A DNA stretch of 64,000 nucleotides from Lama glama (taxonomy: Eukaryota): contig CM052832.1 of assembly GCA_028534125.1 (NCBI GenBank), forward strand, positions 17,362,001 to 17,426,000, given 5' to 3'. This document shows, piece by piece, positions 37,414-50,989 of the stretch. Position 1 is the stretch's first letter; each line of letters begins with the position of its first letter. The notes below the pieces were generated by a model that was not told where the DNA came from, did not search any database, and saw nothing but the letters and a program-made list of their open reading frames with translations. The translations under genes were made by a program, and so were the position numbers.

Positions 37414-39149
37414 CATTCCTTTTTTTTCCCTTCCCCTAATTTCAAAACAAGCATATTGATAACAGCAATGTGCATAAGGAATATGCGGACCTATAGTATT
37501 AAAAACTGACTTTAAAAAATTTCTGTCAGGGACTGTTAACACCGACAATATTAAAAGCGGAATCATCGCGATATTTTTTAGAAGCCACGAAATTTGGAGC
37601 TAAATTGTTCAATAGAGGAGATTACAAGAGGTTGGGTTCTCTGAGGCATCGCAAGATAATCTAGAAGCAGCTAGATTTGGGACCCCAATAGTTCCCTCCC
37701 CTTTGGTGTCGGAGGAGAAAGGGACCGATGCAGCGGTACTCTGCTTGACTTTATATCCTGCTTACTTGCATTGTCCCAGACCCAAGCCCTCCCATGAATA
37801 CTTCCTGTAGTACTTTCTTGCCGGCTAGTGCCACTGCCTTCTGGCAATGACAGTGCTGTCTGTAAAAAAATCTTCTATAGATCCTCTGCTATCTTCTCCA
37901 TTTTCAAAAGTCATGGAACTGGTTCTCAAACATTTCCCTTGTAAATTATGTACCTTCACACTCTCGTTGGCATCTGATAATTACTGTTTTGTTTCCTCAG
38001 TCAAATTTGAGTACCATTTTAACTCCTGAATAAAATATGAAAGCGGTACTTTCCTCTTCCAAATGTAGCCACTATCAATATTTTACTGTATTTCTTACAC
38101 TTCTATTTTTCTCTGCATTCACGTAAATATGTTCATAAATATTTCATTTGTTTTTACAGAAATGCAATCATAACAAACATACTATTCTCTGATACATTTT
38201 ATCACTTAATATATATCGGGCTCTTTCTAAGTGAACACTTAATCTTTTTCCTTACAAAGGAAATGTTGCAAATCATTCCACAGGATAGAAATCTCCTATT
38301 TCATTTATCCACTTTTTTTCCCCCTGAACCTTTAGGATATTTCTAATTACCATTCAACTAACAAATATTTAGTGAGTACTTATTATGTACCAAGGGATGT
38401 AACCCTGGGGCTGTGGCAGTAAAAATATAAAAATATAATACAATAGGGCAGAATAGGATAGAATTAAAATTTTAATTTAATTTAAAAAACAGTAAAATCA
38501 ATGTATTTCCTTGTGTTGCCTATATTCCAGTCAATGACTTTGGTTCTGCCTCAGGAACACCACATTCCAAGATTTCCCTGTCTTTCAGTAGAAGAATCTA
38601 CATCCTGAATCTTGAGAGTAAGTGTTTAATGTCAGCTATTGATGATGATTCATATCTACATTTTCATGTATTGCTCTGTCATTATGACTACTCATGAATG
38701 TACTCATTTAATTATTGATTTTTATCCTAGTGGTCAAACTGAGAACCTGGGTAGGTAAAAAGAAAGCTGATTTGACAACTGAATTCTCAGGAGACATTCA
38801 CTACAGACAAGATCCCGTTGTTTCACTTGAAGAGCTACATTCTACATTCAGATGGCCGGAACCACATGGTTTCAAGTACTTCATTAAAAATATATATTTC
38901 AATTAGAATATACTTCAATTTAAAAAAGATTCTGGAAGAATCTGTAGTTTCTTTGGAGAACTATGAAGGAGAGGAGATAGCAGATGTTTCCCTTGAAAAT
39001 TTCTAGAAGAAAAAAGACGCAAGTGTGCTATCATAAATGACTTTTTTATATGACAATGATATTGGATTTTAAAAGGTTAGTTTTAGTTAAAGCAACAAAC
39101 AAAAACACAATTACAGAATTTTAACAAACTACTTTAAATTTTATTTAAT

Positions 39150-39345
39150 TTTCAATTTTCAATTTTTTTATTTCTTATTTGAAGTATAGTCAGTTTACAA
39201 TGTTGTGTCGATTTCTGGTGTACAGCATGTTTCAGTCATATGTGTACATACATATATTCCTTTCCATATTCTTTTTCATTACAGGTTACTACAAGATATT
39301 GAATATAGCGCCCCGTGCTATATATATACATAGTGCTATATATAT
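39150..39345 (-). mobile_element. L1 3'-end fragment (cetartiodactyl type)
   Basis: gaagtatagtcagtttacaatgttgtg...ctggtgtacagc...ggttactacaagatattgaatatag. Related to 52209-52400, 48995-49140 and 57820-58185. Confidence 0.75.
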
Positions 39346-40366
39346 ATAGAGTCGTTAGTATCTGGTGGATGTGAGGAGTGAATTTGAAAGTTTTGGCTGC
39401 TTTTCTCTTCTGGGCGCAGGAAACTGAAGCTGGAGGAACCACTGAGAAGGCGAGACCTCCAGTGTCCTAGAGAGGACCCAGAAGTAACCTTGGCTGTTGT
39501 AGGCTAGGCTCGCTCTAGGACACGCCTTTAGGGTTAGGTAGTAGTTAAAGTTTAGCTCCCGGTTTTGGAGCTCGGGGTCAGAAGGTGGGACTCTCAGGCT
39601 GGAAGGTTGGGGTGACTCAGGAGTGAGATGGTCCCTGGGTTCCGCGGAAGGAGCAGCTGTGCGGACCCATTGGAACCCCAGGTCCGGACCCACTTTTCTG
39701 CTCTGGCGCTCTTGGACCCCTTGCTGGTCCTCAGCACAGGTCAGACTCGGGCCCACGCGGACCACCAGCTTCACGGCTGGGCTGCGCGCTCTCGCAGGGG
39801 CTCGCGGGCTCTGCCACATGGGAGAAGTTTAAACAAGAGAAGATGTTACTGATTATTCTTTTTCGGAGCCCTAGAGTTATTCGGAATTACAGTTTATTTG
39901 TCTTTTCAGTTTTCACCCTGTTTTGTTGTGACATCCTGTGTTTGTGAAAACACTTCGTTAACTCTAAGGGCCTGTTTAAGTGTGAGATTATTATATAGGA
40001 GGAGGGAAATCAGCTCTTGTGGTGGAGATAGACGTATAAACGTTTAGTACCACCATCATCTGGCAATTACCGTGGAGGCGGTGAACAAATGCTGTGGAAT
40101 CACAGATGAAGGGGCAGCTTAATTCTTTGGGAAGCAGGAAAAGCAAGAATCTTTCATTATCTGGGAATTTAAATTTGTGATTTTGTTGTCTCTTACAGGC
40201 TTTCTTTGCTTACGGACGATTACTTTGGAAATTGTCATTTGGTAGCATGTAAATAATTTTAGCATTTTTTTTCCTAACAGTAATTTCTTATGCCATTTTG
40301 TAAGTCAGAATGTATCTGACATTTAAGTTGTTCTGTTTACCAGAGATTCCTACTTCCTTGCCACAG

Positions 40367-40853
40367 TGGATATAACCTCAAGGAGGACTATCTCTCAACG
40401 GAGAGAGTTTAATACCTTCTTTGTGGGAGTTAGTTCAACCCAGCAGACCATGAAGCCAAGCAAAGCTGAAGGTTTGTCCTTCCAAGTTCCAGGGGAGCCT
40501 GTGGGATTTGTGATCCTGAAAATGGAGGCAGATGAACATATTTGGAAACAGGAATCTGACATTCAAAGGAAGAACCCCACAACAAGGAGCTATTTTGCCA
40601 GTGTTTCAGTTTTGCTATCAAGAGACACCTGGGCTCCAGCAACTCTGAGCTGGCTCCAGGCTGTGGGAGCTCTACTACCAGTGGCTGAACCTGAAACACA
40701 CTCAGATCCTGGAGCTGCTGATACTGAGCAGTTCCTGGCCATTCTGCCCAGGAGCTCCAAGCCTGGGTGCAGGAGCAGCATCCTGAGAGCAGGGAAGAGT
40801 TGCTAACTGTGCTGGAGGATTTAGAGGAAGAATTGGATGAACCAGGAGAACAG
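40367..40853 (+). pseudogene. Frameshifted SCAN-domain exon (ZSCAN-type pseudogene)
   Basis: Pieces read in shifting frames: [65 protein letters not shown]. Acceptor ccacag at 40366, donor CAG|gtggga at 40853, ATG at 40450. Confidence 0.88.
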
Positions 40854-41529
40854 GTGGGACAGAGAATGTGAGCTATCCTCAGGGAAGGGAATTAGGTCTG
40901 GGAGGAGGCATCTGCCCAGCAGTTGGACAGTGGGCAAGTTCCTCGGTAGCCCTATTTTTCAACTAGACTGACATGTGATGCTAGCCATGAATTTCAGTAG
41001 TAAGTCAGCAGAATGGCAAAAATAAGTCAACAAATAGTGGGCAAAGAATCTAAGGTCTCAAGTTGTTTGAAAAACCGTTACAATTCTGCTAAGAACATTC
41101 TTTTGGTGCACATATATGTGGATTTCTTTAGGCTACACACCAAGAGTGGAAGAGCTGGATCACAGGTTGTGTGTATGTTCAGCTTAATAGCTATTGTCAA
41201 ATAATTTACCAAAGTGGTTGTGCTACCAGCAGTATGTGATAGTTACAGCCTCTCTGCAATCTCATCAGCACTTGATTTTGGCTTTCATTTTAATTTTAGC
41301 CATTCCCATGAATATCTAGTATTATCTCTCTATAGTTTTAATATGCATTTTCTTGATTACTAATGAGGGTGAGCACCTTTTCAGATATTTATTGGCCCTT
41401 TGGATATCCCGTTTTGTAACATGCTTATTCAGGACTTTTGTCCACTTTTTTCTGTTAGATTATTTGTCTGCTGCTTTCTTAAATGTCATAGACATCATTT
41501 ACTTCTTTTATTTCACTCTAAAAATTGCA

Positions 41530-42085
41530 AGGACTTATGTTTTTATTAAATTGGGGTGCACCACCCTCCAGGCATGTAGATGCTCTAACAACTGGGAAGC
41601 TCATCAGCTCTTGTTGTTCAAAAGTTTTTAGTTTTAGTTTTAGTTTAATATTTTAATTAATTAATTTATTTTTTTGCTTTTGTTTTGGGGGGAGGCAATT
41701 AGGTACTTATTTTAATGGAGGTACTAGGTATTGAACCCAGGACCTCATGCATGCTAAGCACACACTCTACCACTGAGCCATACCCTCCCCTCAAAAGTTT
41801 TTATAGAGCTTAATCTGCAGCTCCCCTGCCCCTCTTCCCTTACTCAGAGGTGAGTGGGTGGAATGAAATTTCCAGCCTCCTAATCTCTTGGTCTTTCTGG
41901 TGTCCAGCTTTATTCTAAGGAAATCTAAGGACAGCACCCTAAGTTACCTCATTAGCATTAGATTAAAAGGAGATCTTATATAACTGACAAATGACACCCC
42001 TATCACTGGGAAATCCCAAGAGTTTGAGCAGCTTTGTGCCGGGAACCCAGGGCAAAGACCACATATATTTCTTACTATACCACAG
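41530..42085 (-). mobile_element. MER21-like LTR (interrupted by SINE)
   Basis: cctcattagcat...ggaaatcccaagagttt...ggcaaagaccacatatatttcttactataccaca. Confidence 0.6.
41631..41790 (-). mobile_element. Full-length vic-1-type tRNA-Ala-derived SINE
   Basis: tRNA-Ala head, CCTAATTGCCTCCCCCC and A-rich tail. Perfect 13-bp TSD tcaaaagttttta at 41618-41630 and 41791-41803. Confidence 0.9.
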
Positions 42086-43274
42086 TCACTCAGCATCAGC
42101 AAATCTATCAAGGGCATGCCTGGGGATGAGTTGGCTAGAGCTTGGTTTAGCAGAGATAAGTGTAAATTTTCAGTCATAATCCTTCAGGAAAGAGCCAGTC
42201 TCAGCCAGTGTCCAGTTCTAAGCTCCAGCCTGACTCTTAGGCAAGAATGAAGAATATTTCATTTGAGCCTGTAAATACTTGAAAACTTTGAAATTCAGGA
42301 GGTAGATGAAATATTGGAAGTGCGCAATCACTCTGAGACTTCCCTTTTGAAAATAGTGCTTTGTAATATTCACTCTTGAACTAAAATACAGAATGTAACA
42401 TCTTTAAGTACAATGTACTAGTTAATGTGTTATTATGTTCCATATAAAACTATGATACTGTGTTAAACTTCTCAAGTTTTCTTTCCTCTATAAGATATAG
42501 TCAGCATACTCTCAACTTATCTGTGAATGGCATTTCCTTACTACTGGAGGTAAAAACTAATAAATGCTTCTTCCTTTAAAGTGAAACTGAGAAATATGAA
42601 TCTCCCTTTAAAAAAAAGGAATCAGCTTTTAATTATAGAAAACTATGAAGCAAACCACTTGAAACAAACTATTCTGTTTATTCAAGCAGCAAATAAACTT
42701 TATCTGTGTGAATATGGAGTGGTTCTCAAGTCAGGGCATTTCTACCTTCTAATCTACGTTTGGAAATGTATTTGGGGACATTTTTGAGATGATGAATTTT
42801 CATTACTTGGTTTGCACTTTTCTCCTTTCATTACAGTTGAGGGAAACTATTATCACATGCATTTTTGGTATTGCATTTAGGAACTAATGATCATCTGCTG
42901 ATAGAGATTTTTACCCTTCTGTCCATCTTACTGCTTTCTCATCCTTTAGGAAGAACTGACCTCTTGGTAGAGCAAGAATTTTGAAAGCAAGTAGGTGGAC
43001 GGGCTTTAGGACAACCCATAGATTGTAAAAGAAATAATCATAGTTCTCTCTGAAGATTGTGACTTCACTGTCCCTACCAGTGTTCAATTCCCAGGAGATG
43101 GATTCTGTACGTGTCCTTAGGTCTTTATACATGACAGCTTGCTTGTAATTGAATGTGATGGACTTAGCCAAGGTCACATGATTGTGTACTAGCTAAAAAT
43201 TGTTTGGAGGGTAATAGGGAGTGAGTATCTGACCTGTTTGGCTTTTGAAGTGTGAGTAAAATAATGCCAGAATA

Positions 43275-43375
43275 GTGCTTGCTTTGCAGCATATATACTA
43301 AAGTTGGAATGGTTCAGAGATTAGCATCACCCTTGCTCAAGGATTAAATACATTCGTGAAGGGTTCCATATTTTT
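43275..43375 (+). pseudogene. U6 snRNA retropseudogene
   Basis: GTGCTTGCTTTGCAGCATATATACTAAAGTTGGAA...TTCGTGAAGGGTTCCATATTTTT followed by an A-rich tail. ACAGAGA box mutated, CpGs decayed. Confidence 0.9.
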
Positions 43376-43677
43376 ACAATAAATAAAAAATTAAAATGTC
43401 AATAAATGAGGACTTGACTAAGCTATCCTTAGAATGGTAAATTTCATCCTGGCGACTGAAATCATATGATCAACTTAACCAGTACAAACCAATGTAAAAC
43501 ATGTTTAAGATTTAAAAAGTGAAGTTAAAATTCAACTAAATTGTGGATAGCTCCAGCTGAAATTAAAATGGAGATACTTTTAAAAAATGAGGAATACCCA
43601 GCATAGAAAGTAGGTTCAGAAGGCACCCAACAAAAACCACAACACAGGCCCAATATCTCCATTGATGAGTAGATGTA

Positions 43678-43988
43678 CAGTTGTCCCTCATTATCCATGG
43701 GTTGGCTCCAGGACCCCCAGCGGATATACCAAACTCATGGATGGTCAAGTCCCTTAAATAAACGGCATAGTATTTGCATACAACCTATGCACATTCTCTT
43801 GTATACTTTAAATTATTTCTAAATTACTTATAATACCTAATAAAACTAAACACTATAAGCAGTTGCTGGCATGTGGCAAATTCAAGTTTTGCTTTTTGGA
43901 ACTTTCTGGAATTTTTTTTCTGAATATTTTTCATATGGGTTTGGTTGAACGTGTAGATGCAGAACCTGTAGATATGGAGGGCTGACTG
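43678..43988. mobile_element. MER2-like Tc1/mariner (Tigger) non-autonomous element
   Basis: Imperfect TIRs CAGTTGTCCCTCATTATC / GATATGGAGGGCTGACTG with TA target duplications. Confidence 0.85.
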
Positions 43989-44289
43989 TAAATGAGTAAG
44001 GACCACCCGCAGAAGGCTCCTAGGAAAGCCATAGTACAAGTCTCCAAATCTGATTTCTTGTTGAAACATCTTTAGGCCAGGATTCTTTAGTAGATAATTC
44101 AGTTAACTCATCCCAGTATTCTTCAGTTTTTTATAAGTTTGATGTAGAAAGATAGCATTTTATTGAAATGAAACAGTATTCCTATTTTAACCACATTTTA
44201 TTCATTTCTATTACAGATGTCCCACTTTCATGGAGCATGAGGTATGAAAGAGACTGTACTCTGCCACTTAAAATATCATGCCCTTCAAC

Positions 44290-45130
44290 ATGATAGAGGG
44301 CATTTATGAACATCATCCTTAATGTTGAAAGACTAAAAAGCTCTCATCTAAGTTCAGGAATGAGATAAGATACCTGTTTCACCAGTGCTATTCAACATTG
44401 TACTGAATGTTCTAGTCAAAGCAATTAGAGAAGAAAAATCAATCAAATGCATCCAAATTGGAAAGGAAGTAATACTGTCTCTATTCACAGATGACATGAT
44501 CTTATATATAGAAAAATCCCACAGAATCCACAAGGAAATTCCCAAAGTATCTTCTAGAGCTAGTAGATGAATTCAGCAAAGTTGCAGAGTACAAGGTCAA
44601 TATACAAAAATCAGTTGTGTTTCTATATATCGACAATGAACAATCCAAAAAGAAAATTAAGAAAGCAGTTTCAACTATAATAGTATCTAAAAGAATAAAA
44701 TACCTGGGAATGAATTTAACCAAGGAGTTGAAAGACTTGTACACTGAAATCTACAAAACATGCTGAAAGAAATGAAAGAGGACCCAAATAAATGGAAAGA
44801 TATCCCATGATCCTAAATAGAAATTAAGATGTTAATGCTACCTAAAGTGATCTACAGATTCAATATAATCCTTATCAAAATTCCAACATCCTTTTTTTGC
44901 AGAAAATAAAAAGCCATTCCCCAAATTCAAGGTGAATTGCAATATGAGTAACAAAAACAATCCTCAAAAAGAAGAACAAAGGTGGAGGACTCAGACTTCT
45001 GAATTCAAAACTTAGTATAAGATTCAGTAACCAAAATGGTATGGTACTGGCATAAGGACAGACATGTAGACCAACATAGTAGAATTGAGGATCCAGAAAT
45101 CCATACATTTATGTCAAACTGATTTTCTAA
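44290..45130 (+). mobile_element. L1 ORF2 (reverse transcriptase) fragment
   Basis: [17 protein letters not shown]...[21 protein letters not shown] (FADD motif), degraded. Confidence 0.9.
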
Positions 45131-45134
45131 GTGA

Positions 45135-46195
45135 ATATTTATATTGTTCATTGTGGTTAAAAAAAATCAACCATTTTAAGTGTGCTGTTCAGTAGTTTTA
45201 GGAATACTCAGTGCTGTGAAACACATCTTCAGAACTTTTTATCTTACAAAATTGAAGCTCTATCCATTAAACAGCTCCCCATTCCCTCCCACCCCATGAA
45301 ATGTCAATCACTGTTCTACTTTCTGTTTCTGTGAATTGGTTTACTTTAGATACTTTGTGATGGAATAAAATTTATGTTTTGAAGGCAGGACAAGAAAATT
45401 TAAGCATAGCACTCCCTGTCTGACAGGGACCTCCCTAATGTGCACTGTGCATCTATTACTATACATTAACCAGACCTCAAAGGCAGGAATGTCTGCTCAA
45501 CCATAAAGATCAATGTTTTTTTTTTCCTTCTTCTGAAAGTAATGCCAGCAATGTAGTCCTTAGAAGATAACAGTCTTTTCCTAATTCTATGAGGGGTCAT
45601 GGTGACCTGCTGCTTGCTTCATACCTGTAGGTCTGGACTATGTATCTTTGGTGAACTTTTTGTAAAATGTCATTGTGTTGTTTAGTTTAATGATCCTTTG
45701 TCTTGAAAGTGTGTGTAACTGTATCTCTGACTTCAAAAAAAGTGGAACAGTCCTTGGAGTTTTCTGAAAGACTGTCTCCCAATTTATAATCCTCACGTTG
45801 GCTTGAATAAAATTCAATTCTTCTTCTTTAGATTGACTGTTGATTAATTTTTCATCAACATTTGTAAAAGTAGAATCATATAGTATTTGTCTTTTTGTGA
45901 CTATCTTATTTCACTTAGCATAATATCCTTAAGGTTTATCCATGTAGTAGCCTGGGGCAAGATTTCCTTCCTTTTATAGACAGTAATATTCCATGGTGTA
46001 TACCACATTTTGTTTATCCATTTATCCTTCCAAGGATATATGAATTTATTCCACCTCTTGGCTATTGTGAGTAATGCTGCAGTGAACACGACTGTAAATA
46101 TTTCATTGAGTCCCTGTTTTCAGTTCTGGATATATAGCCAGGAGGGGATTGCTAGATCATATGGTAGTTCTATTTTAAAATTATTTGAGGAATGT
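45135..46195 (-). mobile_element. L1 3' end fragment, interrupted by an LTR
   Basis: MFTAALLTIAKRW...WINKMWY...ATTWINLKDIMLSEI (L1 ORF2 C-terminus) on the minus strand. Confidence 0.85.
45358..45860 (+). mobile_element. Solo ERV LTR (family A) inserted in L1
   Basis: TGATG...CAACA with TTTG TSD. Homologous to 14919-15336. Confidence 0.8.
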
Positions 46196-46826
46196 CTCTC
46201 CTGTCAGATCCATTTATGGCATTTGCATTTTTGCTAGAACTAAACCTATCAATACTACATAGAAGTTGCTCCAGGGGACAGTTCAGTTTGGAATAGAAGC
46301 ATTTGGTGACTACTGCCTTCAGGCTATCTCTGAGATTGCTGTTTGGGAGGTAGAGGCAGTTAGATTTATGGTAGCTAATGTAAATCTGGAAAAGGCAGGT
46401 CTCAAACCATTTAGAGCCACAGTCATAGAGAATCCTAGTCAGGGACCTTGTTCCCAGAAATTTAACTCACCCTTGTCCCATGTAGTTGATTTTTTCTTTA
46501 GTGACTCCCCGTCCCTCTTCCCCATCTCCAAAAAAAAAAAGTTCAGTATTTCAACTTTGAAAAGACTAAGTGCCTTCAGGTTCTCAGTGGGTCCAGTAGA
46601 AGGTGAGCACCTTGAGGATGTGCTATTTCCTCCTTGTTCATTTGTAAAGCACTTTTCAGACAGTCGGGGTCCCACATACCCTTGTTAAATAACAGTTTTA
46701 CTTTCATGTGTGAACTGACAACCAGATGACAGCAACAAGAAGGGAAAAGAGGCAAATCAGATTTTAAACATCTTGCAAGCTTTTTCCAAACCGACCCTAA
46801 ATCAGACTAGCAAAGAGGAAGAAAAG

Positions 46827-46899
46827 CGACCACGAAGGGACTCGAACCCTCAATCTTCTGATCCGGAATCAGACGCCTTATCCATTAGGCCACGCGGCC
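46827..46899 (-). tRNA. tRNA-Arg(CCG)
   Basis: GGCCGCGTGGCCTAATGGATAAGGCGTCTGATTCCGGATCAGAAGATTGAGGGTTCGAGTCCCTTCGTGGTCG, 73 nt, followed by CTTTT. Confidence 0.98.
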
Positions 46900-49800
46900 A
46901 ACGGACGAAAGAAGCTTCTCCGGTAAAGAATAAAAGGTATGTAGATAGAGGGGGAAGGGGCTTTTCTACCGTTAATTCTGATGATCCAGCTAAATAGTTC
47001 CTTGTTTAAGATTAAGTTCACGAACAGTTAAAACTATTTACAACACCGTCTAAAATCTGAGAAAACTCATACATAGATGTCAGGATCTGTTAGTTGTTCA
47101 TTAATGTGGGCCCTGTCGAAGTCTTTAATGACTCACGAGGTGGGGTAGAGAGGAAGACTTCGAATCGGTAGCTGATGCTGCGTCTCGTACAGAAAACAGC
47201 AAAGAGAACGGAGAGGGCAGGAATCTGAAAGAAAGATAGCGATGCTGAAGGAAGGGCAGTGATGGCCTGGAATCTTCACAGAAGGTGCTCCTGGAAGTGC
47301 AAGGTTGGCTTAAGCCCAGTAAAAAATAGTTTATTCAGTTCATATATAGTGTGAGTTTAAAAAGAATAGAGTGAATGGATGCTGTCAAGGAACTCGATGA
47401 CTTCCATTCTTGACTTGGATACTTCCCAAATTTGACTTGTTCTTAACAAGGAGATGTCCACTGGTTCATTTATAGGGTTAATCCACAGAGCAATAGTGTT
47501 TTTTGAAAGAACCACGGTTACCAAAAGTGTGGGTGGAATAAGAAAGTTGTGGAAGTAATTCTATCCTGTCCTAGAAGTAAAGCAATAACACCCATCTATC
47601 CATTTACTCAATTTTGTTTCCTTGAAAACAGCGAGTTATTTGAAACAAAACCAAATCAAAGCAAAATTTCTCCCCTCCTGCATCTTGCACTCTTTCACAA
47701 AAAGGTTTTTCCTACCAAGATCTCTCATTTCTCTCACTATTTTCTCCTGCAGTATCTTCTCTTGAGGTTAATGCAGAATAAATTATTGCCAAACGTGTCA
47801 GTCAACATGTTTGGAGTGCCTACAGCAGACTTTGACATCTAGCTCATGGCTGGAATCTAGGGACATTGAGGAGGGAGAGACTACTGGGGTGGCTGGAGGG
47901 TGTCCTAGAATGAGCACAATATTTCTAGTAATAACAAGTGTGCTTCCTTGTCATTCCAATATAGTATTATATAAACTGATGCAGAGCACAAAAAACAACA
48001 AAAATATCTCAATTTATTTTAGGAAGGTAGTGAAGGGGAGCAAAAACATTTCCTCCAACCTCTTAAGGTCTTTGGCTGTGTCTGAAAATTAAAAAAGACA
48101 AAGACAAATTAACAAGAACAAAGCATACCAATTCATTTAATGTAAGTTTTCCACAACATAGGAGACTTCAAAAGGAAATGAAAACCCTAAGAAACAGTTA
48201 AAAACCTGAGGATTTTTATTCCGGGTGTGAGGAAGAATATTCTCTCTCTTTCCTTCCCCTTCTCTCTTTTGTCTGCTTAACAGATTTTTCCTTCCCCCAT
48301 TCATATTTAGAAATCAAGATTTGCACTGCCATAAAAGTAAATTTAGGATTAAAACCCTTAGACTTTACATTTCAGAGAGGGAAAAAGGAAACGAAAATTT
48401 CTCCATGATAACTTTTACATCTATAGCTATCTCTCGATCTAAGCTCAGCTTGGTAAATCACGTGACTGCAAATGTTACTACATCATTGTTGCCCACACCC
48501 TTCAGTTCTTAGATAGCCAAGGAAATGTGGTTTTCCACTGAAATAGAAACCTGTATTTTCGAATCTGGGAGCTTTCTTTTGAAGGGGTAGGGATTGGGGG
48601 TGGGGTGCAGATATAAAGCTCAACAAACTACAGACCTGCTGCTTTCATTTCTGTTAAGGACCATATTGTAGAAATGAAACCATTTTGACACAAAACTTTA
48701 AGAAAAGAACATGCTAGAGTTTGTGATTTTATTAATAATCCATTGACCAAGAGTGAAAATACAGACCGAAGGACTCTTAATATCCTCTAGCAAACAAATT
48801 TAGAAATTTGAAGGTGGACTATGGATGCTAGCTGGGAATGAATTTTGCATAACAATGAAGTTGCACTTTTTGGAAACAGGTGGTTATATTCCAGAGGAGA
48901 TAATGTTAAATGTTTGAAGCCTAAACTCTCCAGTGGGTTCTCTTGGATTTTTATTTTGGCATTTATACCATTTGCAAATTAAAATTGGTCTCCCCTAATA
49001 TAAAATAGATAAACAGCAAGGTCCTACTGTATAGCACAGGGGACTATATTCAATACCTTGTATGGCCCATATTGAAAAAGAATATAAAAAGGAATATGTA
49101 AATATATGTATAACCGAATCACTATGCTGTACATTAGAAATTTTCTTCCACATTAGTCAAGCTGTGTGTGTGTGTGCATGTCCTGAGTGCACTCTCTACC
49201 TTTTCTCTGTTTATCCAGTTTCTTTCTTTGGTTCCAGTAGGTCCTTTCCTTCACATCTCTAAAGCCTCTGCTAATTCAGGCCTTAAGCATTATTCTGTTC
49301 AACAGTGTGGGAACCACCTCTTATGCTTTCTTTTCTAGCAAGCAAGCAAGCAAAGTCAGTGGTTCCCACTGCTGCCCCAGGCACCAAGGCCTAAGCAGAC
49401 AGCATCCTTCTTCAACACTCAACACTGCCCCTGACAACCACACCGATAGGCTTCCCTACTGCACCTTGGAAAGACACCTGTATATGGTTACAGATCTCCC
49501 AACTGCAGAGGAGGAAAAATAATTTTCCCTCTACCTTTGAAGATCTCAGCTGAGCCCCTGTAACAAAAGACAGATGGAGAGAAGAGAAAACATGTTTATT
49601 AACATGTATAGCTCATATACACGTGGGGGACACCCAGGGAAATTAACAACTCTCAAAGAATTGACTTAGAATGCAGGTTTAACTATGATTTTCAGCAAAA
49701 AACAAAGAAGGATGTGGGAAGTTTGCCAAGAAATGCATGGTAAAGGAGAGTAAGGTTTGTTATGAGATTTAAGTCAGCGCCTTCTCCATTGATGAGATTC

Positions 49801-50940
49801 TCTTATGATTTAACTTCTACAGGTGTTGTGATATTTGGTCCCAGGAACCATCGACATAATCTGGAGACCTGTTAGAACTGGAAATTCTCCCCTTCCACCC
49901 CAGACCCACTGAATCATTTCTGGAGATGATGTCCCCAATTTATATTTCAACAGGCCCTCCAGATGATTCTGGTGCACCTAAAGTTTGTGAATGTCTGGAC
50001 CAGCAGGACCAAAGCCTTTGGCTCTCTCACCTTAGAGCAAGGGGTCTTTTTTCTCTCCCACACAGAGAAAGCGCAGGAGCCACAGGGATCTGGGACACGT
50101 GTACTGTTCTGCCCATCCAAATCCTCTTGAAGGGCTTGATTCCATAGCACTCTTCCCCCCACCTTTCTGCTTCCTGCTCCCGGGTCCTCTCTCTTTCCTC
50201 CTTGTCTTTCTCCTTCTCCTGTGTTCATTTTTCCGGGATCTTAGCTCCTTTCAGTTTCTGTCCCTAGATTTTTAAGCAGGCCCAGTGGTTCCAAACTGGT
50301 CTGTTCATCAGATTCAACTGAGAGAGATTTAAATAACATAATTTCCGAGCCAGAGATTCTGTGAGCACTCAGCGTCTAGGGGGTGGCGCCCGGGAATCTG
50401 TACTTTTATTAAGTTCCCCCAGGTGATTCTCCAACTTTGGGGATCCCCGCATTGTTGTCTAAAAAAGCACTTATATGTCCCTTTAATCTCTGGGTCCCAA
50501 GGGTCGCCTGTGGCCATGCCTTGTATACCCCGTTTCCCCTTGTCTATCCGACACCCCGTCTATCCTGCCCCACGTGCAGGTCCCCTGGCTCTCCGCAGGG
50601 TCCTCTCGTGAGGAGGACCAGGCTCGGAGTTGGTGAGGAACCGAAGGGGAGAGATGGTGATTTCAGGTCTCCAAGAATTCCTCAGGGGTGAGAGAGAATC
50701 AGAAGAAAACTTAGATGGATAAGGATGTGGGATTTGCTCTACATACTATTTTCTAGGTTGACCGTCGTGCCCTGAGTCGGCGGGAACTGCGGGAAGCTCC
50801 TGATGGTTGCGTCTAGAAGGGGAAGGGGTCTGACGACTGCAGGCGCACGGAGGTTTAAACAATTAAATTGTTTTGCAGATCAAGTCTACCTCTTAAAATG
50901 CCTTCCTTCTGTGTACTTTCCAGTCCCTAGAGGATTTGGC

Positions 50941-50989
50941 CCGAAAGGGGGCGCTATAAAGGCTGCTCGGTCATCTACTCCTCTTTTCC
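50941..50989 (+). promoter_or_regulatory. CTCF-like motif overlapping TATAAA, followed by a TCT/5'TOP-like pyrimidine initiator
   Basis: CCGAAAGGGGGCGCTA (50941-50956), TATAAA (50955-50960) and CTCTTTTCC (50981-50989) inside a CpG-rich patch. Confidence 0.4.

Noticed and set aside
25901..41790. Four additional tRNA-Ala-like sequences as tRNA genes
   Set aside because: They have extended GGGGAGGG-type heads, SINE tails or TSDs and broken stems; classed as SINEs.
44217..44241. Possible 25-nt exon (ttacag|ATGTCC...ATGAG|gtatga) downstream of the SCAN pseudo-exon
   Set aside because: Splice-like motifs alone; no recognisable homology to support it.
46266..46688. 140-aa ORF starting at TTG
   Set aside because: No recognisable domain, includes a poly-A run, and lies in repeat-like sequence.
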